This document shows positions 29,464-40,076 of a stretch of 64,000 bases of DNA, piece by piece. The notes under the pieces were generated by a model. The model did not search any database. It was given only the letters and a program-made list of their open reading frames with translations, and had not been told where the DNA came from. Positions within the stretch are counted from its first letter, which is position 1; every line of letters starts with the position of its first letter. Both the position numbers and the translations under genes were made by a program. The DNA comes from an uncultured bacterium (GTDB taxonomy: Bacteria > Omnitrophota > Omnitrophia > Omnitrophales > Abzuiibacteriaceae). The stretch covers positions 192,001-256,000 of the forward strand of contig CAYLXA010000001.1 of NCBI GenBank assembly GCA_964387845.1. The letters run 5' to 3'.

Positions 29464-32400
29464 ACGCTAAATTGGGCGAAAGCCATTTTTCAATTTCCTT
29501 TAAATTCATCTGCTTGCGTTTCGCATAGTCAGAGGTTTGATCTTTGTCAATCCGTCCGACGGCAAAATACTTGGCCTGCGGATGTGCGAAATAAAGCCCG
29601 CTCACGGATGCGGCCGGCCACATCGCGCAGCTTTCGGTCAATTTAATGCCCGCATTTTTTTCGGCTTGCAAAAATTGAAACAGAGTGCGCTTCTCCGTGT
29701 GATCAGGGCAAGCCGGATAACCCGGCGCCGGGCGGATGCCGCGGTATTTTTCTTTGATTAAATCTTCATTTGAGAATTTTTCGTCTTTGGCATAACCCCA
29801 ATATTCTTGCCGGACCCGTTCGTGCAGCCGCTCGGCAAAAGCTTCCGCCAGCCGGTCCGCAAGCGCTTTGGTCATGATTGAATGATAATCGTCATTTTCT
29901 GACTCAAACTTTTTTACCAATGAATCTATTTTAATACCGGCCGTGACCGCAAAAACGCCAAGATAATCTTTCGCGCCGGAATTTTTTGGCGCAATAAAAT
30001 CAGAAAGCGCAAAATAAGGATCATTTTCCGATTTAAGAACCTGCGATTGCTGCCTTAAAGTATGAAAAATGGCCGCCACTTTATTCCGCTTCTCATCCTC
30101 ATAAACTTCAATATCGTCGCCCACGCTGTTGGCCGGATAAAGCGCAAATACCGCATTCGCTGCAAGCGACTTTTGTGCGATCATTTTTTGCAGGAGCCGC
30201 CCAGCATCTTCAAAAAGCTTTTTGGCTTCTTTGCCGATTACTTTGTCTTCTAAGATCTGCGGATATTTCCCTTTCAGTTCCCACGTTTGGAAAAACGGCG
30301 TCCAGTCGATGTAATTTGCGAGTTCATCCAGCGGATAATTTTTGAGAATTTTCAAACCCGGAAACGCAGGCTTCACGATTTTTGTTTTTGCCCAATCGGT
30401 TTTGAATGCACGCTCCCTGGCTTGTGAAATCGGGAGATACTTCACATCTTCTTTTTTCCCAAGGTGCTCCTTCCGGATTTTTTCGTAATCCTCTTTCTTT
30501 TCTGCCGCAAATTTCTCTTTGATCTGCGGAGCCAAAATATTCGATGCCATATTGACGCTTCGTGAAGCATCCAGCACATGGACGGTCGGGCCGCTATATT
30601 GCGGCGCAATCTTAACGGCAGTATGCGTAATCGAGGTCGTTGCACCGCCGATAAAAAGCGGCACCTTAAAGCCCTGGCGTTCCATTTCCTTGGCCACGTG
30701 CACCATTTCATCCAAACTCGGCGTAATCAGGCCGCTCAAGCCAATCACGCTCACGTTTTTTTCTTTGGCGGTTTCCAATATTTTTTCGCAAGGCGTCATG
30801 ACACCGAGATCAATGATTTCATAGTTGTTGCACGCGAGCACAACACCCACAATATTTTTTCCGATATCATGCACATCGCCCTTCACGGTTGCGAGCAGAA
30901 TTCTCCCGGCTGTTTTCGCGCCGGTTTTTTCTTTTTCTTTCTCAATGTAAGGCGTGAGAATGGAAACGGCCTTTTTCATAACACGAGCTGATTTAACCAC
31001 TTGCGGCAAAAACATCTTCCCCGATCCAAAAAGATCCCCCACAATGTTCATGCCGCTCATGAGCGGGCCTTCAATTACATCGAGAGGCTTAGGATATTTC
31101 TGACGTGCTTCCTCAACGTCTTGATCAATGTAATCCGTGATGCCGTGCACAAGCGCATGCGCAAGACGTTCTTCAACCGGCGCCTTCCGCCATTTTTCAT
31201 CCTTAACGGTAACTTTCCCCTGCTTTTTCGCAGTTTCGGCAAACTTCAAAAGCCGCTCGGTTGCATCCGGCTTTCGGTTGAGGACAACATCTTCGACAAG
31301 CCCCAAAAGATCTTTTGGAATTTCATCGTAAACGGTAATCAAACCGGCGTTCACAATTCCCATGTCCATACCGGCTTTGATTGCGTGAAATAAAAATGCC
31401 GAGTGCATGGCTTCGCGAATGCTGTTGATGCCGCGAAATGAAAACGAGAGATTGCTGATGCCGCCTGAAATATGGACAAGCGGAAAACACCTTTTAATTT
31501 CGCGTGCGGCTTCGATAAATTCCACGGCATAATTGTTGTGCTCTTCCATTCCCGTGGCAACCGTCAAAATATTCGGGTCAAAAATAATATCCTGCGGCGG
31601 AAAATGAATTTTCTCAGTCAGTAATTTGTAAGCACGCGAGCAAATTTCGATTTTACGCTTGGCCGTATCGGCCTGCCCTTTTTCATCAAATGCCATCACA
31701 ATGGCTGCGGCGCCATATTGGCGGATCTTGCGCGCTTGCTCCAAAAATTTCTCCTCACCTTCTTTGAGCGAAATTGAATTCACAACGCCTTTGCCTTGAA
31801 TACATTTCAGGCCGGCTTCGATGACAGTCCATTTGGAAGAATCGATCATGATCGGCACGCGCGCGATATCGGGTTCAGACGCTATCAGATTCAAAAATTT
31901 CGTCATCGCCGCTTCGGAATCAAGCAAACCTTCGTCAAAATTGATATCAATGATCTGCGCACCGGCCTCCACTTGCTGCCTAGCAACTTTCAAGGCTGAG
32001 TCATAGTCATTACTTTTGATAAGTTCCGCAAACTTGGGCGATCCCGTCACGTTAGTCCGTTCGCCGACATTCACAAAATTGGTTTCGGGCGTAATCACAA
32101 GCGGCTCAAGCCCCGAGAGGCGGGTGTACGGTTTCAATTTCGGCGGAACACGCGGCGGATATTTCGCGGCAAGCTCGGCGATTTTCTGAATGTGCGCAGG
32201 CGTTGTGCCGCAGCAGCCGCCGATAATGTTGAGAAATCCGTTTTTCAGGAATTCCTCAATCACTTTGCCCATGATTTCCGGAGAATCGTCGTAGCCGCCG
32301 AATTGATTCGGAAGCCCGGCATTCGGATGTGCGCTGGTATAAAACTCCGAAAAATTGGAGAGTTCCTCAACGTACGGACGAAGCTCTTTGGCGCCGAGCG

Positions 32401-33130
32401 CGCAATTAAATCCGAGTGATAACAAATTGGCGTGTGACATTGAAATTGCAAACGCTTGCGCCGTTTGGCCCGACAGCGTGCGGCCGCTGGCATCTGTAAT
32501 GGTCCCCGAAACCATAATCGGAAAGTGTTTCTTTACTTTTTTGGAATATTCCTCAATCGCAAAAAGTGCGGCTTTGGCGTTCAGCGTATCAAAAACGGTT
32601 TCGACCAATAAAATATCGGCACCGCCGTCAATCAATCCCCGGATTTGTTCCGTATAAGCATCCACCAATTCATCAAACGAGACCGCACGAAAACCGGGAT
32701 TGTTCACATCGGGCGACAGCGATGCCGTCCGGTTGGTCGGGCCGATGGACCCTGCAACAAAACGGGGCTTTTTTGGGTTTTTGTCCGTAAATTCGAGCGT
32801 GAGCTTTTTGGCAAGCTGCGCACCTTGAACATTCAAATCGTAAACCAGATTCTCCATTTTGTAATCTGCCATGGAAATCCGCTGTGAATTAAACGTGCTG
32901 GTTTCCAAAATATCGGCGCCGGCTTCAAGATAAGCCCGATGGATATCGGAGATAATTTTAGGCTGCGTCAGGACAAGGAGGTCGTTATTGCCCTTCACGC
33001 TCACGGGGTGGTTGGCAAACTGCTTTCCGCGATAACCGGCCTCATCAAGCCCATAAGTCTGGACCATGGTGCCCATGGCACCGTCAAGAATCAAAATCCG
33101 CTTTTTAAGTTCCTGGGTAATATCGGTCAT
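29453..33130 (-). CDS. metH: Cobalamin-dependent methionine synthase
   Basis: 1225 aa with Hcy-binding, pterin-binding, B12-binding ([10 protein letters not shown]) and AdoMet activation regions in order. Confidence 0.95.
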   Translation of the reverse strand: MTDITQELKKRILILDGAMGTMVQTYGLDEAGYRGKQFANHPVSVKGNNDLLVLTQPKIISDIHRAYLEAGADILETSTFNSQRISMADYKMENLVYDLNVQGAQLAKKLTLEFTDKNPKKPRFVAGSIGPTNRTASLSPDVNNPGFRAVSFDELVDAYTEQIRGLIDGGADILLVETVFDTLNAKAALFAIEEYSKKVKKHFPIMVSGTITDASGRTLSGQTAQAFAISMSHANLLSLGFNCALGAKELRPYVEELSNFSEFYTSAHPNAGLPNQFGGYDDSPEIMGKVIEEFLKNGFLNIIGGCCGTTPAHIQKIAELAAKYPPRVPPKLKPYTRLSGLEPLVITPETNFVNVGERTNVTGSPKFAELIKSNDYDSALKVARQQVEAGAQIIDINFDEGLLDSEAAMTKFLNLIASEPDIARVPIMIDSSKWTVIEAGLKCIQGKGVVNSISLKEGEEKFLEQARKIRQYGAAAIVMAFDEKGQADTAKRKIEICSRAYKLLTEKIHFPPQDIIFDPNILTVATGMEEHNNYAVEFIEAAREIKRCFPLVHISGGISNLSFSFRGINSIREAMHSAFLFHAIKAGMDMGIVNAGLITVYDEIPKDLLGLVEDVVLNRKPDATERLLKFAETAKKQGKVTVKDEKWRKAPVEERLAHALVHGITDYIDQDVEEARQKYPKPLDVIEGPLMSGMNIVGDLFGSGKMFLPQVVKSARVMKKAVSILTPYIEKEKEKTGAKTAGRILLATVKGDVHDIGKNIVGVVLACNNYEIIDLGVMTPCEKILETAKEKNVSVIGLSGLITPSLDEMVHVAKEMERQGFKVPLFIGGATTSITHTAVKIAPQYSGPTVHVLDASRSVNMASNILAPQIKEKFAAEKKEDYEKIRKEHLGKKEDVKYLPISQARERAFKTDWAKTKIVKPAFPGLKILKNYPLDELANYIDWTPFFQTWELKGKYPQILEDKVIGKEAKKLFEDAGRLLQKMIAQKSLAANAVFALYPANSVGDDIEVYEDEKRNKVAAIFHTLRQQSQVLKSENDPYFALSDFIAPKNSGAKDYLGVFAVTAGIKIDSLVKKFESENDDYHSIMTKALADRLAEAFAERLHERVRQEYWGYAKDEKFSNEDLIKEKYRGIRPAPGYPACPDHTEKRTLFQFLQAEKNAGIKLTESCAMWPAASVSGLYFAHPQAKYFAVGRIDKDQTSDYAKRKQMNLKEIEKWLSPNLAYEA

Positions 33131-33193
33131 AAGTGGGATATTTTAGCAGACTTAGGGCAAAAACGCTTTAGAACTTTAAGAATACAAAGGGGG

Positions 33194-34438
33194 CTAAATA
33201 ATAAAGGCAAACGGCAAATGCAGAAGCGCCCAAAAAGCATATTTGAAGATGGTTTCCTTCCGGGCTTTCTTAGCCAAAACAGCGAAATAAATACCTTTCA
33301 TGATGGTATTACTCATCATGGTGAGCAAAATAGCAGACACAACAATACTCTGAATATCGGCAGTCCGGTGAATCATAGACAAAACAAACGGATCGACATC
33401 CACAACGCCGACAATGATCGACAAAAGATAAAGTCCGGCATCGCCAAAAAATTGTTTACAGAGCTCTATAATAATTGAGATTCCGACAAATAAGGCAGCG
33501 AAAATCAAAGCCGGACGGACTTCAAACGGATTCTTAAATGATTTAACAGCGCTCTTCGTGACAGAGCGCTCGTCCTGGGCAGTCGATAACGCAAGCCCTG
33601 CGCCGATAGCTGCCAGCACGAGCAGTTTCGGCCATAGATAAGCGATAAAATTTGAGTTCACAAACGAAACCAGCACCAGAATCCGAAGATACATAACACT
33701 GCTTGCTAAAAGAGTTGCTCGAAGCGCGTTCTTCGATTGTGCAGGCGACTGCTGGGCAATGCGGCCAGCGGCAATGCTGACAGCAGTTGACGAAACAATG
33801 CCGCCCATGATTCCCGAAAGCCAAAGGCCGACATTATTGCCGAAACGTTTGATCAAAAAATAGCCGCCGAAACTGATGCTTGAAACCATGATTACAATCA
33901 TCCAAATGGCTGCCGGATTGAGATTAAATTGCGTATAATTCCGGTTTGGCAGGACCGGGAAAATAATGACTGTCACCACAAGAAACCTGAGTGCGGCCAG
34001 AAATTCTGATTTTTCCAGGTTGGCAACTTGGTCTTCTATTTTTGCCTTCTCAGAAAGTAAAAGTGTGCTGATAATGCCGATCGTGATTGGAATCGTCACG
34101 TTCGCCATCAAGCAAAGCGCTCCGATTACAAATGTCAGAAGCGACATGACTTGGCTGGTCCATCCGAAATGTTCTTCCTGAATTTTAGCAAGATAAGTCA
34201 CAACCACGAGCGCCGTCATTGAAATCAATCCGACGGCGAATGCGAATCCAACGTTATAGTAACTTAGAATTGCGCAGCCGAATCCATAAAGTGAAATAAG
34301 GGTATAAGTTCTGACCCCTGCGCGATAGCGGTCGTCTTGGCGGGAGCTTTCGCGTTCAAGCCCGATCAAAATTCCGAGTGTAAACGCAAGAAAAAACCTG
34401 AATAAAAAAGTCCATTCAAACAAATTTAAATCGACCAT
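33194..34438 (-). CDS. MgtC/SapB-family membrane protein with C-terminal DUF4010-like extension
   Basis: N-terminus LFEWTFLFRFFLAFTLGILIGLERESSRQ (MgtC signature); 414 aa and polytopic. Confidence 0.65.
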   Translation of the reverse strand: MVDLNLFEWTFLFRFFLAFTLGILIGLERESSRQDDRYRAGVRTYTLISLYGFGCAILSYYNVGFAFAVGLISMTALVVVTYLAKIQEEHFGWTSQVMSLLTFVIGALCLMANVTIPITIGIISTLLLSEKAKIEDQVANLEKSEFLAALRFLVVTVIIFPVLPNRNYTQFNLNPAAIWMIVIMVSSISFGGYFLIKRFGNNVGLWLSGIMGGIVSSTAVSIAAGRIAQQSPAQSKNALRATLLASSVMYLRILVLVSFVNSNFIAYLWPKLLVLAAIGAGLALSTAQDERSVTKSAVKSFKNPFEVRPALIFAALFVGISIIIELCKQFFGDAGLYLLSIIVGVVDVDPFVLSMIHRTADIQSIVVSAILLTMMSNTIMKGIYFAVLAKKARKETIFKYAFWALLHLPFAFII

Positions 34439-34532
34439 GCCGGCTTAGCCCTTTGCTTTTTGATTCAAACTGTCTCCACTTGTTAACGAACGGAAACACT
34501 AGAATCTTTAACCGTTTCAAATTCCGTTTTCG

Positions 34533-35180
34533 TCAAGATTTGCTCCGCTTTTTCTCCATCGCTCTGATATAACCCGCGCGGCCAGAGCCTTCTTTGTACA
34601 TTTCGTAGTGCACTTTATTTTTTTTGTAATATTGCTGATGATAATCTTCGGCCGGGAAAAAATCACCGGCAGGTTCAATGGAAGTGACGATCGGACGGTC
34701 GTACCAGCCGGAATTCACAATTTTTTCTTTGGAGGCCTGCGCAAGCTTCTTCTGCTCATCATCCAAATAGAAAATTGCGGTCCGGTATTGGGACCCTCGG
34801 TCGGCAAACTGCTGATCAACCGTTGTTGGATCGATGTTTTTCCAAAACACATCGAGCAATTTTTCATAGTCTACTTTTGACGGATCGTAGGCAACTTCAA
34901 TCACCTCTGCATGGCCACTTGCGCCCGATGAAACTTCTTCATAAGACGGATTGCTCGTTTTTCCGCCGGCGTACCCGACGCGGGTTTTAACAACACCTTC
35001 CGTTTGATCGAACGGCGGCTGCATGCACCAAAAACATCCCCCTGCAAAAATTGCGGTTTTCAAATTCATATCGGATTCCTCTTTCGCTTGAAGATTGATG
35101 TTAAACAAAACTGAAAATATTAAAAGGAGTGCAATCTTTTTCATTCTTTTGCGATTAAATGCTGAATCACGGTTTCGCAC
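34533..35180 (-). CDS. msrA: Peptide methionine sulfoxide reductase MsrA (secreted form)
   Basis: Signal peptide, then the GGCFWC active site. Confidence 0.9.
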   Translation of the reverse strand: MRNRDSAFNRKRMKKIALLLIFSVLFNINLQAKEESDMNLKTAIFAGGCFWCMQPPFDQTEGVVKTRVGYAGGKTSNPSYEEVSSGASGHAEVIEVAYDPSKVDYEKLLDVFWKNIDPTTVDQQFADRGSQYRTAIFYLDDEQKKLAQASKEKIVNSGWYDRPIVTSIEPAGDFFPAEDYHQQYYKKNKVHYEMYKEGSGRAGYIRAMEKKRSKS

Positions 35181-36265
35181 AGAAACCGGCCGCGGGCCGT
35201 TAAGGCAACTCGATGCCCGGTTTTTGACAAAAGATTATTTTCAACTAAAAAGTCCAGCCGGTTTGATATGCGCGGCTTACTTAAAAGGAAATCGCCCATA
35301 TCAACACCCTGCCTGAGCCGGAGGCCGGTCATGAGATTTTCAATTTCACGTTCCTCGGCTGAAATTACGTCTTCGGTGTCATTCGCAAAATTTCCCGCTT
35401 CACACTTTTTGAAATAACGTGCCACATCGAGCGCGAATTGATAGCGGACGCCGTGCATATAAGAAAATGCGCCCGGCCCAAGTCCTAAATATTCCTGATT
35501 GTGCCAATAAATTAGATTATGCTTTGATTCGAATCCGGGCTTTGCGAAATTAGAAACCTCATACGGTAAAAATCCGGCTTCGGATAAAATTGATTCGGCG
35601 CTTGCGAACATTTGCTCGTGTGTATCGCTTGCAGGCAAACTCAATTTTCCCTGCTTCTGCATCCGGCCATAAACCGTTTTTTCGTGAACGTCTAAATCAT
35701 AAAGCGATACTTGCTGGGCACCCAACTCGAATGCGCGCCTAATTGAATCCTCGACATCCCGTATGGTTTGGTTCGGCAATTTGAGAATAAAATCCACGCT
35801 GATATTCTGAAAACCGGTTTCCCGCAAAAGCTCCATGGTGCGCATAATATCCGCAGCCGAATGAGTTCGGCCCATGGCTTTCAAGAGTTCGTCATTGAAT
35901 GATTGCGCGCCTACACTCATCCTATTTATTCCTAGATCCTTGTAGAATAATAATTTATGACGATCCGCGTCGCCGGGATTGATTTCGCAGGTGAACTCGT
36001 AACCGTTTTCAAATTCAAACTTGGCACGCAGCATCGCCAAAAGCTTTGACATTTCCTGCGACGATAAAAGCGAAGGCGTTCCGCCGCCCAAATAGAGCGT
36101 ATCGAAACGGAGCGTGCCGTATTTTTCCGCTGCAAAATCAATTTCTTTCCCAAGATTTTTGAAAAAACGCTTCCGTACTTCCGCAGAGTGATTCACTGTA
36201 ATCACAAAATCGCAGTAGAAACATTTCTTCGAACAAAATGGGATATGGACGTAAAGGCCGCGCAT
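35141..36265 (-). CDS. hemW: Radical-SAM heme chaperone HemW (HemN-like); start taken at the internal ATG (MRGLYVHIPFC)
   Basis: CxxxCxxC radical-SAM motif PFCSKKCFYCDF; HemN_C-like C-terminus. The track ORF extends 19 aa upstream through the uppP 3' end. Confidence 0.85.
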   Translation of the reverse strand: MRGLYVHIPFCSKKCFYCDFVITVNHSAEVRKRFFKNLGKEIDFAAEKYGTLRFDTLYLGGGTPSLLSSQEMSKLLAMLRAKFEFENGYEFTCEINPGDADRHKLLFYKDLGINRMSVGAQSFNDELLKAMGRTHSAADIMRTMELLRETGFQNISVDFILKLPNQTIRDVEDSIRRAFELGAQQVSLYDLDVHEKTVYGRMQKQGKLSLPASDTHEQMFASAESILSEAGFLPYEVSNFAKPGFESKHNLIYWHNQEYLGLGPGAFSYMHGVRYQFALDVARYFKKCEAGNFANDTEDVISAEEREIENLMTGLRLRQGVDMGDFLLSKPRISNRLDFLVENNLLSKTGHRVALTARGRFLCETVIQHLIAKE

Positions 36266-36269
36266 GAAA

Positions 36270-37040
36270 CTATCGGATGATGAACCAGAATGAGAGTGCG
36301 ATAAAAATCCGGTAAAGGCCAAACAGGATAAACGTATGGTTTTTCACAAATTCAAGCAGCCATTTGATGCAAAAAATCGCAACCACAAAAGAAGTTAGAA
36401 ACCCTACAGCCAAGAAAATAAACTGATCGGATGAGAAAGTATAGGCGCTCTTCATTAAATCAAGGCCGGTTGCAGCCAGCATCGTCGGGACCGCCAATAA
36501 AAATGAAAACTCGACGATTAACTTCCGGTCAAGCCCGAGCATTAACCCGCCCACGATCGTTGCGGCAGATCTCGAAACGCCCGGAATCATGGCGAGCGAC
36601 TGAAAGACACCGATCAGCACCGCACTTTTAAACGGCATATCAGAAATCGAATTGACCGGCGTTTCTTTGTCCTTAAACCATAATTCAAATAAAATCAGGA
36701 AAATACCGCCGGCAAACAAGGACCACAAAACGACTTCCGTGCTTTCCAGCAGGACTTCCTTGATAACCTTGTACAAAAACAATCCGAGAACGGCGGTGGG
36801 AATAAAAGCGGCGATGACACGCGTGAGCGCTTTGAAATCGATTAAGAGCGATCTCCAATATAAAACTACCACGGCCAAAATGGCCCCGAGCTGAATCGCT
36901 ATTTCAAAACTTTTCAAAAAATCTGTTTGCTTAAGCCCAAGCAGTTTTGCGGTTAGAATCAGGTGGCCCGTAGATGAAATGGGGAGAAACTCCGAAGCGC
37001 CCTCAACAATTCCGAAGATAACTGCATGAAATAAATCCAT
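36270..37040 (-). CDS. uppP: Undecaprenyl-diphosphatase
   Basis: GASEFLPISSTGHLIL signature; eight TM segments; 256 aa. Confidence 0.9.
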   Translation of the reverse strand: MDLFHAVIFGIVEGASEFLPISSTGHLILTAKLLGLKQTDFLKSFEIAIQLGAILAVVVLYWRSLLIDFKALTRVIAAFIPTAVLGLFLYKVIKEVLLESTEVVLWSLFAGGIFLILFELWFKDKETPVNSISDMPFKSAVLIGVFQSLAMIPGVSRSAATIVGGLMLGLDRKLIVEFSFLLAVPTMLAATGLDLMKSAYTFSSDQFIFLAVGFLTSFVVAIFCIKWLLEFVKNHTFILFGLYRIFIALSFWFIIR

Positions 37041-37084
37041 AGGCAGACATTATAGAATGAAACAAAAATTTGATAAATGAAGTT

Positions 37085-37510
37085 TTAGGAGGTCTTGCGC
37101 CAGATATGTTTTATCGCTTCAAGTCGCCCCGAACACTCGTCGCGGACTAATTGAAAGGACAACTGATTGCCCCGAAGTTCCGGTATGTAGACACCATCGC
37201 GGCCGCATTCGGGAATAATCAATCCGCCTTTGTCATTAAAAATCATTTGCCCATTGACGAGCTGGTAATAGCCCAAAATGTCCGGATTCTTGTCGCCCTC
37301 TGAATCAATTTTAAACTCACGGCTCCCTAAAAACTCGACGGTTTTATAAGCACCGGGTCCGCCGTTCACTTTCCAGGTACCAATGAGCGATTCGGGCGTA
37401 ACGCTTTGGATAGAGGGCTCTTTTTGACAACTCGAGAAGAGCATTACCGGCAGTAATCCTAGAACGATAAAAATGAGGGCGGATGATCGTTTGCGGCTCA
37501 TTGGCGTCAT
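37085..37510 (-). CDS. Hypothetical lipoprotein
   Basis: Signal peptide with lipobox LFSSC; 141 aa; start lies 10 nt from the att fragment. Confidence 0.5.
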   Translation of the reverse strand: MTPMSRKRSSALIFIVLGLLPVMLFSSCQKEPSIQSVTPESLIGTWKVNGGPGAYKTVEFLGSREFKIDSEGDKNPDILGYYQLVNGQMIFNDKGGLIIPECGRDGVYIPELRGNQLSFQLVRDECSGRLEAIKHIWRKTS

Positions 37511-37520
37511 TTAAAAGCGA

Positions 37521-37565
37521 TGGTAGCGGGGGCCGGATTTGAACCGACGACCTTCAGGTTATGAG
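37521..37565 (-). other. 45-nt 3' fragment of an initiator-like tRNA-Met (anticodon loop through CCA) lacking any 5' half; putative att site (displaced tRNA end) of the integrated element
   Basis: Reverse strand reads CTCATAACCTGAAGGTCGTCGGTTCAAATCCGGCCCCCGCTACCA, near-identical to the 3' half of E. coli tRNA-fMet (..CTCATAACCCGAAGGTCGTCGGTTCAAATCCGGCCCCCGCAACCA). The upstream 30 nt do not form a D-arm or acceptor 5' strand. Confidence 0.7.
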
Positions 37566-37647
37566 TGCCCCACTCGTTCTTGTTACTTTTGTTTAATTTT
37601 GCTTAACTCTTGTTGTTATTATGAGTTAATTGAAATGGTTTTTGTTG

Positions 37648-38856
37648 CTAGTTCTTACAATTGTTTCTTATTTGTGCTGGTTTTGTTAGCACCATGTTAG
37701 CACGGCTTCCAAAAACTTCTTCATCCAATCTCTTCCCTACACCTTCATAAACAACCGGTAGCAAGTGTCCATATCGGTCAAGTGTTGTCTGAATAGAAGC
37801 ATGCCCTAATTGCGACTGAATAAGCTTAATATTTTCCCCCTGTGAAATCAAGAGGGTCGTGTAAGTATGTCTAAGGTCGTGAAACCGCACCCTTCTTAAT
37901 CCAGCCTTTTTGAGAGCACTAGAAAAATCCCGTTTCACCAAATTATCGGGATCCAGCGGATCGCCGTTTACATTGCAAAATATCAGATCGTGAAGTTTGG
38001 GAGGGAACAACTCACGGTATAAATTCAGTCCTTTCTCTAGAACTTTCGACATAACGATTGTTCTTATAGACCTTCTTGATTTTGGTGTAATAAATTTCCA
38101 ACGGTTACAATTCGTTTCTTTAATTTCGCGCCAACAGCGCCAATATAAACTCCTTCTCACGAAAATTATCTTCCGATTCCAGTCGATGTCTTTCCACTGG
38201 AGACCAAGCAACTCCCCTCTTCTCATCCCCGTCAGCACAGCTGTTAAAATGATGGTTCTTAGAGGTTCATCAGAGTTCTTTAAGAGAAGTCTGATATCTT
38301 GCGGTGTAAGAAAATCCATTTCTCTTTGCTCTTCTCGAATTCTGTCAATATCTGCCGCTGGATTTTCAAAGATATATTTCCATTTTCGAGCATGATTAAA
38401 CATGGTTTTTAAAAGGGACAGGTGGTGATTTACCGTCTTGGCGCTTCTTTTATCGTTTAACTCTGAAATGAATTTCTGAATATCATGCGGACGGATACCT
38501 AAAATAGCTCGGTCTCCCAACGCCGGAACAATGGTTGAATTAATCATTGACTCATAATTTCGGAATGTTGAGTCTTTAATAGAAACTCGAGCATAACTGT
38601 CTAGCCATTTCTTTGAAAATTCGGAAAACAAAATCTTGGGTGGCGCAAAGAAAGTTCCTTTATTAACGGATGAGAGTATTTCACTCAGCCTAGCCTCTGC
38701 GTCCTTTTTCTTCGGGCCAATGCGTTCCCACTTTTGCAAACGGCCTGACCTGAATATGATATAGTAGGCTGCTGATTGATGGCTGCATTTGCCGACACCG
38801 TCAGTCGCGTTTTTCCTGCATTTTCCACACCGCCATACGATACTACCTCTTGCCAT
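37648..38856 (-). CDS. int: Tyrosine-type site-specific integrase
   Basis: C-terminal catalytic box VRFHDLRHTYTTLLISQG...LGHASIQTTLDRYGHL (R..H-R-H..Y). Start taken at MARGSIVW; the track start at 38877 is further upstream. Confidence 0.9.
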   Translation of the reverse strand: MARGSIVWRCGKCRKNATDGVGKCSHQSAAYYIIFRSGRLQKWERIGPKKKDAEARLSEILSSVNKGTFFAPPKILFSEFSKKWLDSYARVSIKDSTFRNYESMINSTIVPALGDRAILGIRPHDIQKFISELNDKRSAKTVNHHLSLLKTMFNHARKWKYIFENPAADIDRIREEQREMDFLTPQDIRLLLKNSDEPLRTIILTAVLTGMRRGELLGLQWKDIDWNRKIIFVRRSLYWRCWREIKETNCNRWKFITPKSRRSIRTIVMSKVLEKGLNLYRELFPPKLHDLIFCNVNGDPLDPDNLVKRDFSSALKKAGLRRVRFHDLRHTYTTLLISQGENIKLIQSQLGHASIQTTLDRYGHLLPVVYEGVGKRLDEEVFGSRANMVLTKPAQIRNNCKN

Positions 38857-38907
38857 GACTGCCTCCAGGATTAGCAAGATTTATTGTACCGTATTTCGGT
38901 CTATTTA

Positions 38908-39117
38908 TCAACGCTTTCTTACAGGACGGCCGGCTTTTCTCCGTGTTTGAAGGTAATATCTGATGGAAGGCTCTTCTATAAGCCAGATTTTCGCGGTGTT
39001 CGTTATTTGCGCTTCCCTGCCCCTGATTAATCGCTTTCGAAGTAGGCGACGCAGATAACCCGGTGTCAATTTGTACTTCTTTGATGCTTCGAGTGTCGTT
39101 AGCATGACGTTTGCCAA
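38908..39117 (-). CDS. Small HTH DNA-binding protein (excisionase/MerR-like HTH_17)
   Basis: LEASKKYKLTPGYLRRLLRKRLIRG HTH; basic C-terminal tail; 69 aa. Preferred over the overlapping 99-aa ORF in another frame. Confidence 0.5.
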   Translation of the reverse strand: MANVMLTTLEASKKYKLTPGYLRRLLRKRLIRGREAQITNTAKIWLIEEPSIRYYLQTRRKAGRPVRKR

Positions 39118-39131
39118 AAGAAATATTTGCC

Positions 39132-39329
39132 TTATGATACATTATTTCTGCTCGTTTGGAAGAACCTTATTACCTCATCCTGATTGAAGCGAACGTACTT
39201 TCCCATCTTGATATGCGGAATTGCCTTTTGGCCCAAGCGTGTACGCTGATAAATCCACGTTTTAGGAACTCGCAATACTTTTGAAAGTTCACTAACTGTG
39301 ACCAAATTCTCAGACTGATTTCGTATCAT
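39132..39329 (-). CDS. AlpA-like phage transcriptional regulator/excisionase HTH protein
   Basis: LVTVSELSKVLRVPKTWIYQRTRLGQKAIPHIKMGKYVRFNQDEV is the AlpA-family pattern; 65 aa. Confidence 0.6.
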   Translation of the reverse strand: MIRNQSENLVTVSELSKVLRVPKTWIYQRTRLGQKAIPHIKMGKYVRFNQDEVIRFFQTSRNNVS

Positions 39330-40076
39330 TTAGGATTGCCCCGGCAAACGCGCATTTAACTCGCTATATGTCTGCATATCACCGATATCCTTCCAAATGC
39401 CTTCAATGCGCATTGCCACAGTCGGAACCATTCTATAAAGCCATGTAATGAAATCGCCGATCCTGTCGGGCTCATGCTTGTAGATTTTTAGATACTTATA
39501 AATCATGAAAGGAATTTCTTTCGGCAACAAGTAGACTCCAGCGCTCACTAAAGTCGATTTTGGCGCGCGGGGCTTTTCATCAAAACTTGTAATAATATGG
39601 TCTTCGTTCATTTCAATGACGCCGTACTTCTTGGCTTGTTCAATATTCTTAATGTCATAGCAAGCCAACACCGGTTTTGGCAGATGATGAAGCGCCTGCA
39701 GGATGAAATGATTCAGGGGGTAATCAAAATAATTGTCACTCGCCAAGACCAAATACTCCGAACCTCTCACTCGGGAGTCGCAGACTGCATAATAAAGGTC
39801 TAAAACAGCGCCGTTTCTTTCGTCATTGGAATTTATCCCATTATTCAATATATGAATTGGAAACACGTATTTTTGAAATGACTTCCAATACACAAATTGC
39901 TCATAAAACCGGTTGTTCGTCACAATCAAAACAGAATCTGGTTTAGTCTTGGCGACATTTTCCATCAAATGCTCCAACAGGTATTTACCACCAATATCAA
40001 GCAGCGCTTTAGGCTTACCGAGAGTTAATGGATAAAGCCTTGTCCCAAATCCTCCCGCGAGAATGATCGTGTTCAA
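39330..40076 (-). CDS. Sugar-1-phosphate nucleotidyltransferase (NDP-sugar pyrophosphorylase)
   Basis: ILAGGFGTRLYPLTLGKPKALL matches the LAGGxGTRLxPLT motif of G1P nucleotidyltransferases; 248 aa. Confidence 0.75.
   Translation of the reverse strand: MNTIILAGGFGTRLYPLTLGKPKALLDIGGKYLLEHLMENVAKTKPDSVLIVTNNRFYEQFVYWKSFQKYVFPIHILNNGINSNDERNGAVLDLYYAVCDSRVRGSEYLVLASDNYFDYPLNHFILQALHHLPKPVLACYDIKNIEQAKKYGVIEMNEDHIITSFDEKPRAPKSTLVSAGVYLLPKEIPFMIYKYLKIYKHEPDRIGDFITWLYRMVPTVAMRIEGIWKDIGDMQTYSELNARLPGQS

Noticed and set aside
37521-37600. Possible complete tRNA gene next to the integrase
   Set aside because: Only the 3' 45 nt (anticodon loop to CCA) match a tRNA. The 30 nt that should form the D-arm and 5' acceptor strand do not pair with CCCCGCT, so this is an att/partial copy, not a functional tRNA.
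38843-39142. 99-aa ORF overlapping 38908-39117 in a different frame
   Set aside because: The alternative frame gives a recognisable HTH protein (LEASKKYKLTPGYLRRLLRKRLIRG). The 99-aa frame has no features and overlaps the AlpA-like gene, so it is probably a shadow ORF.
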